64,000 nucleotides of DNA from contig DATKGN010000006.1 of the NCBI GenBank assembly GCA_035510735.1, positions 65,429-129,428 on the forward strand, in the 5' to 3' direction. This document shows positions 9,509 through 19,250 of this stretch, piece after piece. Below the pieces are notes generated by a model. The model saw only the letters and a list, made by a program, of their open reading frames with translations, was not told the origin of the DNA and did no database searches. The number at the start of each line of letters is the position of its first letter. Position 1 is the first letter of the stretch. Source of the DNA: Patescibacteria group bacterium. Lineage in GTDB: Bacteria > Patescibacteriota > Microgenomatia > UBA10105 > UBA927. Made by a program: the position numbers and the translations under genes.

Positions 9509-9973
9509 TTACGGCTCCATCTCAAAGTCGATATCGGCCGGTTGTAATCCCTGCCGTTTATAAAACGAGATCGCTTTAGTATTCTTACAGTACGCATTCA
9601 CGAGTAATTTTTGATACCCGTTTTCACGACACCACTGCCTCAACCTTGTAACAAGCAGAGCACCGATTCCCGATGAACGGTGGGTCGGAGTCACTCCGAT
9701 TTCCACAATTTCCGCCATTTTGACCGTCCGGTAACTAATTTCTTTCGGAGCTCCCACAATAAGTCCAACGGGATTGGTTCCTTCAAACGCGATGAACGCT
9801 ATAAAAGTCGGGTCGGTGACATATTTTTTATAACGCTCTATTCCATCTTCAGAGAATGGCCATGTGAGGTCCAGATGAGGATCATGCTGTGCGTCACTTA
9901 TAAAAACCTCATGTATCAATTTCTGAACAATCTGCCATTCACGAGGATTAGCTCTGCGGATCGTGATATTCAT
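9509..9973 (-). CDS. GNAT family N-acetyltransferase
   Basis: GNAT-like core (...VGLIVGAP..., ...IGALLV...). Start trimmed to MNITIRR to avoid overlap with htpX. Confidence 0.7.
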   Translation of the reverse strand: MNITIRRANPREWQIVQKLIHEVFISDAQHDPHLDLTWPFSEDGIERYKKYVTDPTFIAFIAFEGTNPVGLIVGAPKEISYRTVKMAEIVEIGVTPTHRSSGIGALLVTRLRQWCRENGYQKLLVNAYCKNTKAISFYKRQGLQPADIDFEMEP

Positions 9974-9974
9974 A

Positions 9975-10877
9975 TTACATCGACCGGAGAATTTTAATCC
10001 GCTCCTCAATCGGCGGATGCGTGTCAAACAGTCCGGAAAACCAGGTGCCGAAGGCTTTTCCTTTGAAAGGATTGGTGATAAAAAGATGAGCGGTTGCATT
10101 GGTAGCTTCCTGTAAAACAGCCGTATCCTTTTTTAACTCTTCCAGGGCGCTTGCAAGCCCTTCCGGATTTCTGGTGAGAAGCGCGCCTGACGCGTCTGCC
10201 AAATATTCACGTTTCCGGGAAATTGCTAGCTGTATAAGCGTCGCGACAATCGGAGAAAGAATAGCAAGCACAATACCAACGATCATTAATATCCCCTGCA
10301 GTTGACCGCCCTCACTGTTGCGGCTTCGTCGTCCGCCGCCCCACCACAGCGTCCGCAAAAACATATCCGCCAAAAAAGCAACGGTTCCGGCAAGAACTGC
10401 AACAACCGCCATTAGCCGTATATCGTAATTTTTCACATGCGATAATTCGTGAGCAATGACGCCCTCAAGCTCTTCACGATCCATGCGAGCAAGTAATCCG
10501 CTCGTCGCACAGACAACCGCATGCTGCGGATCACGGCCCGTAGAAAATGCGTTCATGGCATCATCATCAATAACGTACAGTTTCGGCTTGGGTAACCCCG
10601 AAGCTATGCAAAGATTTTCTGTCACGGTATAAAAATCAAAATCCCGCCGCCGGTCTGCAGGCCTGGCTTTAGACATCGCAAGAACTATCGTTGATCCCCA
10701 GTAATAACTGACAAACGAAGATATGACGGCAAATGCAACGGCAATAAACACAAACGAATCACCGTAACCCAAGGCATTGCCCATCACATAGCCTGCAAAA
10801 ACCACAAATATGATGAATCCCGTCATGAAGGCGTATGACTTAAGAATATTGGACTGAATTTGTGAGCGAATGGACAT
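9975..10877 (-). CDS. htpX: M48 family zinc metalloprotease HtpX
   Basis: HELSH zinc motif with flanking TM helices. 300 aa. Confidence 0.85.
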   Translation of the reverse strand: MSIRSQIQSNILKSYAFMTGFIIFVVFAGYVMGNALGYGDSFVFIAVAFAVISSFVSYYWGSTIVLAMSKARPADRRRDFDFYTVTENLCIASGLPKPKLYVIDDDAMNAFSTGRDPQHAVVCATSGLLARMDREELEGVIAHELSHVKNYDIRLMAVVAVLAGTVAFLADMFLRTLWWGGGRRSRNSEGGQLQGILMIVGIVLAILSPIVATLIQLAISRKREYLADASGALLTRNPEGLASALEELKKDTAVLQEATNATAHLFITNPFKGKAFGTWFSGLFDTHPPIEERIKILRSM

Positions 10878-11013
10878 ATATCGTTATTGTCGCGGGGAGG
10901 CGCACAATTTTGAGCACTGCCACGCCCTTAATTAACGTAAATTCCCTGGAAAGTTTACCTTTTGGGCTTGGCGGATGCGCAACAAATTGCGCGACGACCA
11001 AAGCGACTGGGAT

Positions 11014-11568
11014 TTATGAAAAATTGACTTTGACCGGTTCTGCGTCTGACCCCTCAACTTTGAAAAATTCCTTTACCTTAAATCCAAACGCTCCGGCGAG
11101 GATTACATTCGGAAACGTTTTCACCTTCAGGTTATATTCCATAAGCTGAGTGTTGTAGAATTGTCTCGCGTATGCAACCTTATCCTCGGTGTCGGATAAT
11201 TCTCTCTGGAGCTGCAGAAAATTTTCATTCGCTTTAAGCTGCGGGTAATTTTCCGCTATCGCAAAAAGACTCTTGAGCGTTCCGCTTAACATATCATTGG
11301 CTTTCGCTTTATCTCCCGGAGTCGTTGCCCCCATAAGTGCACTTCGGGCTTTCGTGACATCGGTAAAAACCGACTTTTCGTGTTTCGCGTATCCCTTCAC
11401 GCTTTCAACGATATTGGGAATAAGATCCGTACGCCGTTTCAGCTGCACATCAATCTGCGCCCATGCTTCATCAACCTCCGTTGATACGGTAACAAGACCA
11501 TTATAAAGCGCCCAAACATAAAGAACGAGAAGAACGATAACGCCAATCAATATAAACATCGGATTCAT
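11014..11568 (-). CDS. lemA: LemA family protein
   Basis: N-terminal TM helix then a LemA-like region; the lemA-htpX pairing is typical. Start trimmed to MNPMFILIG. Confidence 0.75.
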   Translation of the reverse strand: MNPMFILIGVIVLLVLYVWALYNGLVTVSTEVDEAWAQIDVQLKRRTDLIPNIVESVKGYAKHEKSVFTDVTKARSALMGATTPGDKAKANDMLSGTLKSLFAIAENYPQLKANENFLQLQRELSDTEDKVAYARQFYNTQLMEYNLKVKTFPNVILAGAFGFKVKEFFKVEGSDAEPVKVNFS

Positions 11569-13382
11569 GGTTTTGCTCCTTTCACAAGCCAATCTTTAAA
11601 GTCATTATACTCCTGACTGTTTACAATGTCATGTTTTGTGGCCCACCCCCGCCTCGCGACTGATACGCCGTATTTCATGAGGATCATTTGATCAACTGCA
11701 TGTGCATCGGTGTCAATTGAAAACCGCAAATTTTGCTTTTTTGCATCGTAGACAATGTTGTCCGGCAAATCGAGGCGTGATGGATGAGCATTGATTTCAA
11801 GAGCGATATTCTGTTTTTTACATGCCTCAAATATCAAATCCCAGTCGTATTCAACCCCCTCGCGTTTGCCTAAAAGTCGTGTCGTTGGATGTCCGAAAAT
11901 GCGCACTTTTTCGTGAGACGTAAGAGCGGTAACGACTCTGCGGGTCATAACTTCGCGGCTTTGGTTAAAACTCGAGTGCACGGAAACGACAACCGCGTCT
12001 ACATAATCGAACGCGCTATCGGGTAGTGCTAATTTCCCATCAGGTAGTATATCTACTTCACACATGAGGAACATTTGCGGCAGCCCCGCCGAAGCCTTGC
12101 GAAGGGGGGTACGAGTTTTGAGCACTTTTTGTACCCATGAGTAATATTTATGTTCATAATCATCCTTTCGTCTTTTCATTATCTCAACTATTTGTTCCTC
12201 AGTGTGATTTCCCACACTCGGATTATGATCGCTAAAGCCAACATAGTCGTATCCTAACCGCGCCGCTTCCGATAAGTAGAGATCAGCACTTTGTGCGCCC
12301 ACGTCATGGGATGATTCAAGATCATAACTAGAGTGAATATGGAGGTCACCGCGAATATCCGGAAGTTCTACAAGATGCGGCAGTTTGCCGTGGATAGCAG
12401 CCTCAATTTCCCCACGATCCTCACGAAGTTCAGGCGGTATCCACGGCAACTTAATTGCCTCATAGAAGGCTTTCTCCGTCGGATATTCTGATAGTTTATT
12501 GGTTTTCGTATTTTTAATACCGTATTCATTGAGCGATTTCCCCTGATTTAGAGCGAGGGATCGTAATTTGATATTATGATTTTTCGAACCCGTAAAGTAC
12601 TGAAGCATGGCGCCGTACGCTTCCGGCTTCTGCACGCGAAGATCAACTTGTTTCCCGTTATGTAGAAGCAGCGATGCACCTGTCGGACCTTTTTCGATCA
12701 ATTTTTGATGTGGGTAGGTGATGAAACGTTCAATAACAGTCTCGGGTTCAGTTGTAGCAACGGAAATATCGATATCGCCGATCGTTGAAACCTGCCGCCG
12801 CAAGCTCCCTAAGGTATCGATATGTTTAACCCCGCCCCCGGCTTTGACAAAATTGATAACATCGAGTGCCACCTGATCGGCTTCCGAGAGCACCATGCGG
12901 TTTTCTTTAATAGCGCCTTTTTTATACGTTTCGATATTAGCGAGGATGTCAGCCTCGGATTTCTCTCCGAACCCCTCCATTGGAGCAATTTTGTGGCCCA
13001 CGGCCGCCTTCTCCAGATCCTCTATAACCGTTTGCGCCTTATTGAGTTTTAATTCACTGACAAGTTTATATGCCTTTTTCGGTCCGATCCCCGGCACTAA
13101 GAGAAGCGGGTAAATAGATGCCGGTAATTTTCCCAAAACCTCTTCAAAATGGCGTACATGACCGGTCCTGAAAAGCTCATCAAGATGTTTTTGCAGCGTC
13201 TCACCAACCCCCGGAATCTCTTTTAATTTTCCGTCATTCCACAAATCCTTCACCTCACTCGTCAGGTGTTCAACGCTGTCGGCCGCGCGTTCATAGGCAA
13301 TGATCTTAAATCGATTTTCATTCAAAATCAGATAAGCGGCGGCAACTTTCCGGAGAAGCTCTGCAATTTCTAAATTTGTCAT
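11565..13382 (-). CDS. polX: Family X DNA polymerase with C-terminal PHP domain (PolX)
   Basis: N-terminal HhH/polymerase-beta-like region (GIGPKKAYKL, GSLRR) and a C-terminal PHP His cluster (HIHSSYDL..., SDHNP...). 605 aa. Confidence 0.85.
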   Translation of the reverse strand: MTNLEIAELLRKVAAAYLILNENRFKIIAYERAADSVEHLTSEVKDLWNDGKLKEIPGVGETLQKHLDELFRTGHVRHFEEVLGKLPASIYPLLLVPGIGPKKAYKLVSELKLNKAQTVIEDLEKAAVGHKIAPMEGFGEKSEADILANIETYKKGAIKENRMVLSEADQVALDVINFVKAGGGVKHIDTLGSLRRQVSTIGDIDISVATTEPETVIERFITYPHQKLIEKGPTGASLLLHNGKQVDLRVQKPEAYGAMLQYFTGSKNHNIKLRSLALNQGKSLNEYGIKNTKTNKLSEYPTEKAFYEAIKLPWIPPELREDRGEIEAAIHGKLPHLVELPDIRGDLHIHSSYDLESSHDVGAQSADLYLSEAARLGYDYVGFSDHNPSVGNHTEEQIVEIMKRRKDDYEHKYYSWVQKVLKTRTPLRKASAGLPQMFLMCEVDILPDGKLALPDSAFDYVDAVVVSVHSSFNQSREVMTRRVVTALTSHEKVRIFGHPTTRLLGKREGVEYDWDLIFEACKKQNIALEINAHPSRLDLPDNIVYDAKKQNLRFSIDTDAHAVDQMILMKYGVSVARRGWATKHDIVNSQEYNDFKDWLVKGAKP

Positions 13383-13416
13383 AGGATATTACTGTAGGCC
13401 AATCGTAGCACAATCA

Positions 13417-13445
13417 TTGTGTGCTCCTCAAATTTGATTTATAAT
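13417..13445 (+). promoter_or_regulatory. Candidate promoter TTGTGT-N17-TATAAT, 11 nt upstream of tRNA-Asp
   Basis: Hexamers read from the sequence. Confidence 0.3.
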
Positions 13446-13456
13446 CTTTTAGCCGT

Positions 13457-13531
13457 GGGGTTGTAGCTCAGCCTGGTTAGAGCGCTTCCCTGTCAAGGAA
13501 GAGGTCACGGGTTCGAACCCCGTCAGCCCCG
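13457..13531 (+). tRNA. tRNA-Asp (anticodon GUC), CCA not encoded
   Basis: Cloverleaf folded by hand: acceptor GGGGTTG/CAGCCCC, anticodon loop CTGTCAA, T-loop TTCGAAC, discriminator G. Confidence 0.9.
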
Positions 13532-13720
13532 CATAGATAATTTTTAGCGATCCTGATCCGCAAACTGACGGAGAAGGAGAGTTTAGAAATTTCTATGTCC
13601 TCCTCGCGATCGCTCCACGAGCCGTCCCGCCATCTGGCGGATGTAAAGGCGAGTGGCAAGACGCGGGGGACTTTAAACTGCTTTCAATATCTCTGCCTGG
13701 AACGGAGGAACCTTTCTACA

Positions 13721-14275
13721 ATGTGGAAGTCACTAAAACAAATCTTTAATTCACCGGATTCTTACGTATCACTCGCACTCGGGCTCGCAGTTGTGTTAAT
13801 TATCGGAATGATATCCTTTAATTATTTTAAGACAAAGTCACAGATAGCTGAGTCTGAAAAAGTCAAACAGCAGAATCAGGAAATGGTAAAGGCCAATTCA
13901 ACTCCCGGCAATTATATGGTTAAAGACGGAGATACACTCTGGTCAATCGCCCAAACAATTTATAAAAGCGGGTACAATTGGGTTGACATTCAAAAGGCCA
14001 ATAATCTCGTCAATGCTGACTATATTATGACCGGCCAATCACTGACACTACCGAAGATCAGCCCGACGCCGACGCCGCAGGGGGAAATTTCAGCAGCCTC
14101 AACGGAAATTCCGTATACCGAAAAACACTATACGGTCGTAGCGGGAGATGATCTTTGGTCTATTTCGCAAAAAGAGTATAACGGCAATGGATATCGATGG
14201 GTAGATATCGCAAAAGCGAATAATCTAACCAACCCGGATATCATAAACGCAGGAAACGTCCTCGTTTTACCGTAA
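13721..14275 (+). CDS. LysM-domain protein with N-terminal TM anchor (two LysM repeats)
   Basis: Two DGDTLWSIAQ-type LysM repeats. GGAGG RBS 11 nt upstream of the ATG at 13721. The upstream in-frame extension was rejected. Confidence 0.8.
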   Translation: MWKSLKQIFNSPDSYVSLALGLAVVLIIGMISFNYFKTKSQIAESEKVKQQNQEMVKANSTPGNYMVKDGDTLWSIAQTIYKSGYNWVDIQKANNLVNADYIMTGQSLTLPKISPTPTPQGEISAASTEIPYTEKHYTVVAGDDLWSISQKEYNGNGYRWVDIAKANNLTNPDIINAGNVLVLP

Positions 14276-14277
14276 GT

Positions 14278-14297
14278 ATATTTGTTGCAACAAATAT
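14278..14297. repeat. 20-bp perfect palindrome atatttgttgcaacaaatat, 3 nt after the LysM stop
   Basis: Read directly; possible terminator or binding site. Confidence 0.5.
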
Positions 14298-14498
14298 TCA
14301 TTTTTAAGTTCATTCATATAACGTATAATAGTGATAATCGTACCTGACGGAAGCTTTCGTCAGGGGCGGTATCGTTACGGTAGGGTTATTTTAATTAATT
14401 AAAATACGTCGTGAAGGTGTAACATTCGATCTCAAACCCTTCACGACACACCAGTAGGAAAGATCGTTGGGAAGGAAACTCAGGTTTCCGTCCCAGAA

Positions 14499-14571
14499 GC
14501 GGGCGTAGTTCAGCGGTAGAATGTCTCCTTCCCAAGGAGAAGGTCGTGGGTTCAAATCCCATCGCCCGCTC
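14499..14571 (+). tRNA. tRNA-Gly (anticodon CCC), CCA not encoded
   Basis: Acceptor GCGGGCG/CGCCCGC, anticodon loop TTCCCAA, T-loop TTCAAAT, discriminator U. Confidence 0.9.
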
Positions 14572-14580
14572 AAAATACAT

Positions 14581-14838
14581 ATGGCATTAAAAGAAGCATT
14601 ACAAGAAGTATTAAAGGGAGCATGCTCGGATCCATACAGTGTATGGCACCGAGTTGTAAATGATCCTGATGGTTATCAGGCTAATGAGTTAAACGCGGTA
14701 CAACAGGCACTGGCACTATTAAATTCTGAACTCGTAGACGGAGGGGATGGGTCAATCACATTGAATCTTTTAAGGGATAAAAATTTTGTTGAAGAATTGG
14801 CAATCGCATATACTAGAGACTATGTGCCGGGGATGTAA
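14581..14838 (+). CDS. Small hypothetical protein (85 aa); weak call
   Basis: ORF starts at the ATG directly after tRNA-Gly. No SD. Confidence 0.25.
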   Translation: MALKEALQEVLKGACSDPYSVWHRVVNDPDGYQANELNAVQQALALLNSELVDGGDGSITLNLLRDKNFVEELAIAYTRDYVPGM

Positions 14839-14854
14839 ATACTTATCAATCTTG

Positions 14855-16372
14855 TCACCCCAGGCTTTTCCTAAGAAGTGCCGCCTGCGTCAAAAGTTCG
14901 CTCGTTACATTGCCACGAAGGAGCCGTGTAACAATCTCATCAACCACCTCTGCGTGTTCCCGCTCTTCGGACGTTGTCGGACCAAGTGATTCATGAAGAT
15001 AGTCCTCAATATATTTGATATCGATGACGACATCCGCAAGTGCCGGCACGGTTTTTGACAACTTAGCGAGTGCCCGCTTATTGAGAAATTTTCCCGCCTC
15101 CTTGAGTTCTCGCCGTAAACCGATGTAATGCTTTTCGATGAGCGGCAATAGTTTCTTACCTAAGGCGTTATGAAGCCCTCGGCCGGTTCCTACTAATTCC
15201 GGCGGAATGCCCATAGAATACATGGCAGCGGTAAATCCGATTGCACGGGGTAAATGAACGTTACCTACTCCGCGCGAGTACCCGAAAAGACCCGTGTGCT
15301 GAACTCGCTCGCGACGTCTGGGCAAAAGCGATGCAATATCATTTATGAGAGGCGCCAATATTTCTATGCTTGACTGGTAAGGTTTTTCAAATGACGGCAG
15401 AAGCCCGATAATCTCACGTTTCTCGCTAATCGACACCGGAATAACTTTTGATTTTGGTAATAGCTCTTCCAGTGTGGCAATACCCTTCACAACGTCGCCA
15501 AACGGATAATCATACCGGAACGCGCTTTGGATAAGAGCGGTCCGTACGCCGGCATATTCCTCGGCAAAGTGTTTGACCGTGTATGGCGTTAATCCGCCGC
15601 GAAAAGGAAGCGACGCTGATCCGATAATCGGACTTAACGGAAATTTCTGCCGATTAGCAAGTTCATCAAACTGCGACAAAGCTATTTTTATCGCAAGGAC
15701 CGTCGGGATAATACCGGAGTTAAGCGCCGGATCGGAACGTGCAACATACGGCCTGAGATATTTTGGCCGAAACCCGAATATATCTTCGTGTTTCTTGATG
15801 TATTCTAGAACGATTTTATCTGACCGCATGATTGTGCTGACACTCTCAAAAAGCGGAATAACCTCAATATGCTTAATTGTCTCATCGGTAAAGTTATATA
15901 ACTGATGCTTGAGAGAGGCAATTTCTGCAAACGCCTCCTGGATAGCGATCATCTCACCTGCCGACTCTGTCATGGGCAAAATGACTTCAAAAAGAGGGAT
16001 GCTATGGAGTCCGACATGTTTTGCAAGACCTGCGGCCGCCAGAATTCCCATAAATGCCCGCCCCAGCCGGAATTCAGTCTCGACTTTCGGATTTGGCAGG
16101 CGGAATGTGATAAATTTGTCTTTCCCTATCGGATGTTGGAGAAAATATTCATAATGCTCACCCAGAAGCTTTTCCACTACCGATTCGTCAACGAATTTTC
16201 CTTCCCAATCCCACTTATACTCAGAAATCCCAAGATCCGAAAACGTGAGAAAACACTCTTTCACTTCCTGTCGCGTGCTGATAAACTCTTTGGTATACCA
16301 ATAGGGCTTCGCTGCATGGTCGGGATGCTGAGAGGCCATCGTACTTGGAATTTTTCTGTCAATCGAAATCAT
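14855..16372 (-). CDS. ppcA: Archaeal-type phosphoenolpyruvate carboxylase
   Basis: N-terminus MISIDRKIPSTMASQHPDHAAKP matches the archaeal-type PEPC hallmark (IPR.MSTQHPDN). About 505 aa from the trimmed start. Confidence 0.8.
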   Translation of the reverse strand: MISIDRKIPSTMASQHPDHAAKPYWYTKEFISTRQEVKECFLTFSDLGISEYKWDWEGKFVDESVVEKLLGEHYEYFLQHPIGKDKFITFRLPNPKVETEFRLGRAFMGILAAAGLAKHVGLHSIPLFEVILPMTESAGEMIAIQEAFAEIASLKHQLYNFTDETIKHIEVIPLFESVSTIMRSDKIVLEYIKKHEDIFGFRPKYLRPYVARSDPALNSGIIPTVLAIKIALSQFDELANRQKFPLSPIIGSASLPFRGGLTPYTVKHFAEEYAGVRTALIQSAFRYDYPFGDVVKGIATLEELLPKSKVIPVSISEKREIIGLLPSFEKPYQSSIEILAPLINDIASLLPRRRERVQHTGLFGYSRGVGNVHLPRAIGFTAAMYSMGIPPELVGTGRGLHNALGKKLLPLIEKHYIGLRRELKEAGKFLNKRALAKLSKTVPALADVVIDIKYIEDYLHESLGPTTSEEREHAEVVDEIVTRLLRGNVTSELLTQAALLRKSLG

Positions 16373-16460
16373 AGGAGCATTGTACCAATTTTCACGACGC
16401 ACGGAAACCAATCAACTGTTTGATATGGATTTAAGAGGATATTTGATACAATAAGGGCAC

Positions 16461-16537
16461 GCCGACATAGCTCAGTTGGTAGAGCGGCGCTTTCGTAAAG
16501 CGTAGGTCGTCGGTTCGATCCCGACTGTCGGCTCCAA
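16461..16537 (+). tRNA. tRNA-Thr (anticodon CGU), 3' CCA encoded
   Basis: Acceptor GCCGACA/TGTCGGC, anticodon loop TTCGTAA, discriminator U, followed by CCA. Confidence 0.9.
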
Positions 16538-16545
16538 GGTACATT

Positions 16546-17256
16546 ATGGCGTATTCACGGTACAGCAGAATTGAAGATAAAAAACAGCGGAGGCGGCTTC
16601 TACTTGCGGTCGTCGGAAGCATTACCATAGTCGCCCTCTTAGTGATATTCGGCGTAAAGTTAATTGTCGGGTTTAGCATTCTCGTTGAAAACCTAAAAGG
16701 ATCTTCGCCTGCACCCATCCCGCAATCGCAAGCCCTTGTCCTCCCGCCGACGCTCGATCCGCTTCCGATGGCAACTAATAGCGGGGAACTCGCGTTGACC
16801 GGCATGGGAAAACAGGGACTTACGGCAATTATCTACGTGAACGCGGTTGAAGTTGATCGATTAACGGTCGCAAAAAACGGAACATTTTCTACACCTCTCT
16901 CACTTCAGGATGGTACTAATTCTATAAGCGCAAAATTAACGGACAATAAAGGAAATACGAGTGATCTATCCAATTTTTTAACAACCCTTATCAAAAAAAG
17001 TGCACCGACGCTCACGATCAATACGCCCGATGATAACGCAACAGTAACCGGTGACAGCAACCTCGTGACGGTCTCCGGAAAAACAGATGATAATACAACG
17101 GTAACGATTAACGGCAGGCTCGCTGTTGTTGAAAGCGATAACAGCTTCAGCTATCAATATCCGCTAAACGACGGGGATAATACGCTCGCGATTACCGCAA
17201 CCGATCAGGCCGGTAATTCAACAAAAACTGAGCGCAAAGTTACCTATCACAAGTAA
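16546..17256 (+). CDS. Membrane-anchored protein with bacterial Ig-like repeats
   Basis: N-terminal TM helix then Thr/Asn-rich beta repeats (TINTPDDNATVTGDSNLVTVSGKTDDNTTVTING). Confidence 0.6.
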   Translation: MAYSRYSRIEDKKQRRRLLLAVVGSITIVALLVIFGVKLIVGFSILVENLKGSSPAPIPQSQALVLPPTLDPLPMATNSGELALTGMGKQGLTAIIYVNAVEVDRLTVAKNGTFSTPLSLQDGTNSISAKLTDNKGNTSDLSNFLTTLIKKSAPTLTINTPDDNATVTGDSNLVTVSGKTDDNTTVTINGRLAVVESDNSFSYQYPLNDGDNTLAITATDQAGNSTKTERKVTYHK

Positions 17257-17257
17257 T

Positions 17258-18424
17258 TTACTTCCTTTTCTCAGGAATAGTCAATTTCTCAGAACTTGCT
17301 ATAAAAATCCACAACCAGATCATAACCCACGCATAAAAAAGGCTGTTATTAAACAAACTATGGATACCGACTGCAAGAACGATACACCAATAAAGGAGCG
17401 ACATATCTGATTGACCAAAATTACGTAAGAAAAATGCTGACACTCTCCAAACTATCCAACCAAATGAAATGAATCCGATTAACCCGGTCGTTGCAAGAAG
17501 GAAGAGAATGCTGCTATCAATGCCAGAGGCAGCATGAGATGGTTGACTGGTTAATGTAGGTTTTGCATTTTGAACCCGAGGTAGCGTGTTAAAACCGTAT
17601 CCGATAAGCGGCGATTTACTGATAAGACCAAATGCTTCCTGCCAATTCCCTAAACGGGCAACTGTTGAATCAGTGCGCGTTAAACGAAGAGTCTTCCCGC
17701 CCGGAGTCGGCAATGAAATCAAAAATCCGATAACGAGCGCGATGATGAATCCGGCAAGCCACTTTTTTTTCCAAATAATCCAAAGAATGACACCCATAGC
17801 AAATGCGAGGTAGCTGCTTCTCGAATACGTTAGGAATAAAGCGACACCGCTGACAATTTGCAATAACGTAAGCCACATACGCTTCTCTTTAACCATCAGA
17901 TAAAATCCTAAGAAAAGAGTCAGCACAATAACTATGCCTGCGAAATTAGGATCAAGAAATGTGGAAAACAGGCGGTAATAATGAGGATCCCACCCGAGAT
18001 AAGTTAAATTCCTAAGATCCGGATATAAAAAATATTGTACTAATCCTAAAACCGAAAACGCCGACCCGAAACCGTAGAGCCCCCAAAGCAAAAATGCTGG
18101 TGTGACCGCACTTTCAACGAGAATAAAATACAAACAGCTGTAAAACGCGAAGCGGATAAGATACAGTGACGATATGCCGATGACTGTCCAAGTGAACCGG
18201 TATACATTCAATAATAATGTTAGGGCACCGATGCCGACGAATGTGAGAATCGGAATCAATAGAACCGGGGTAGTCCATTTTCTTGGGTGTCGGACAATAT
18301 AAAAACTAAGTATAAGGAAGAGGATAATATCATGGACGTAGAGTGTGACTCCGGGTAAAACGCTCACGGCACCCAGTTGTCCCAACAATAGGCTGACAAA
18401 AAAAATTATGAGCCAAATGATCAT
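17258..18424 (-). CDS. O-antigen ligase / polymerase-like polytopic membrane protein
   Basis: About 10 TM helices and a Wzy_C-like loop (LTYSRSSYLAF). Start trimmed to abut the GT2 gene. Confidence 0.65.
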   Translation of the reverse strand: MIIWLIIFFVSLLLGQLGAVSVLPGVTLYVHDIILFLILSFYIVRHPRKWTTPVLLIPILTFVGIGALTLLLNVYRFTWTVIGISSLYLIRFAFYSCLYFILVESAVTPAFLLWGLYGFGSAFSVLGLVQYFLYPDLRNLTYLGWDPHYYRLFSTFLDPNFAGIVIVLTLFLGFYLMVKEKRMWLTLLQIVSGVALFLTYSRSSYLAFAMGVILWIIWKKKWLAGFIIALVIGFLISLPTPGGKTLRLTRTDSTVARLGNWQEAFGLISKSPLIGYGFNTLPRVQNAKPTLTSQPSHAASGIDSSILFLLATTGLIGFISFGWIVWRVSAFFLRNFGQSDMSLLYWCIVLAVGIHSLFNNSLFYAWVMIWLWIFIASSEKLTIPEKRK

Positions 18425-19194
18425 ACAGCCGCCTGCTCTTCTGGTTTTGACGCCATGTGCCACAACTGATAGAGCTTCGCGCGGGTGAGAAATGAGTGAA
18501 AGCTCATCATGAGAGCCATAATTGCCCCGGGGGTGCCGTCTAAAAATCCCGCTCGAAGAATATAGTTAACGAAAAACTTAGCGACCGGATAACAAACGAT
18601 TTGCAGCCGGTTGACGTGTATGCCTTGATCATACATAAACTTTGCATTCAGCGTTGAATAATAATTAATTTCATCTAAAAATTGTGCGACGTTAGGGTGG
18701 GGAAAATGCTGGAGTGGTGAATTGATAGAACCGACAGGTCCTTTTATATCCCATACTTCATGAACAGAGCGCCGCCAAATCCCAGCGTCTTTCTTCCCCA
18801 ACCGAAGGAGTCGCACGCTCCCCGTTTCCCCGTGGGTGAGTTTTTGTCCGTACATGAAGTCATCGCGCTTAAGAAAATATCCTGCAAATTCTTTTCGTTC
18901 GATCGCCCCCTGAATCTCGTGCTCAAGATCGGTTGATACAGTTTCATCGCTGTCGATAAATAATACCCAATCGCTATTTGTTTTTGATAATCCAAAATTT
19001 CTCTGAGATGCGAAGTCTCCGTTGACATTGTGCTTAAAAACACGTGAAGTAAACGGTTTAACTTTTTCAATGGTATCATCCGTTGAATCGTCATCGACAA
19101 CGATAAGTTCGTCACACCACATTAACTTGGAAAGAGTCTTCTCTATACCGTTTCCATCATTATGGGTGAGAATAATAGCACAAATCATTTGCAA
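18421..19194 (-). CDS. Family 2 glycosyltransferase
   Basis: GT-A-like with a DxD-type motif (FIDSDE). 257 aa. Confidence 0.8.
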   Translation of the reverse strand: MQMICAIILTHNDGNGIEKTLSKLMWCDELIVVDDDSTDDTIEKVKPFTSRVFKHNVNGDFASQRNFGLSKTNSDWVLFIDSDETVSTDLEHEIQGAIERKEFAGYFLKRDDFMYGQKLTHGETGSVRLLRLGKKDAGIWRRSVHEVWDIKGPVGSINSPLQHFPHPNVAQFLDEINYYSTLNAKFMYDQGIHVNRLQIVCYPVAKFFVNYILRAGFLDGTPGAIMALMMSFHSFLTRAKLYQLWHMASKPEEQAAV

Positions 19195-19250
19195 TTATTG
19201 TATCACGGCTTGAATGATGACGCTCCATTTCGTACACTGCAAGCGGACAT

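Noticed and set aside
13477-13659. 60-aa minus-strand ORF overlapping tRNA-Asp.
   Set aside because: It is the antisense reading of a tRNA gene (the characteristic ...RTRDLFLDREAL peptide). The ORFs at 14391-14580 over tRNA-Gly and 16431-16805 over tRNA-Thr were rejected for the same reason.
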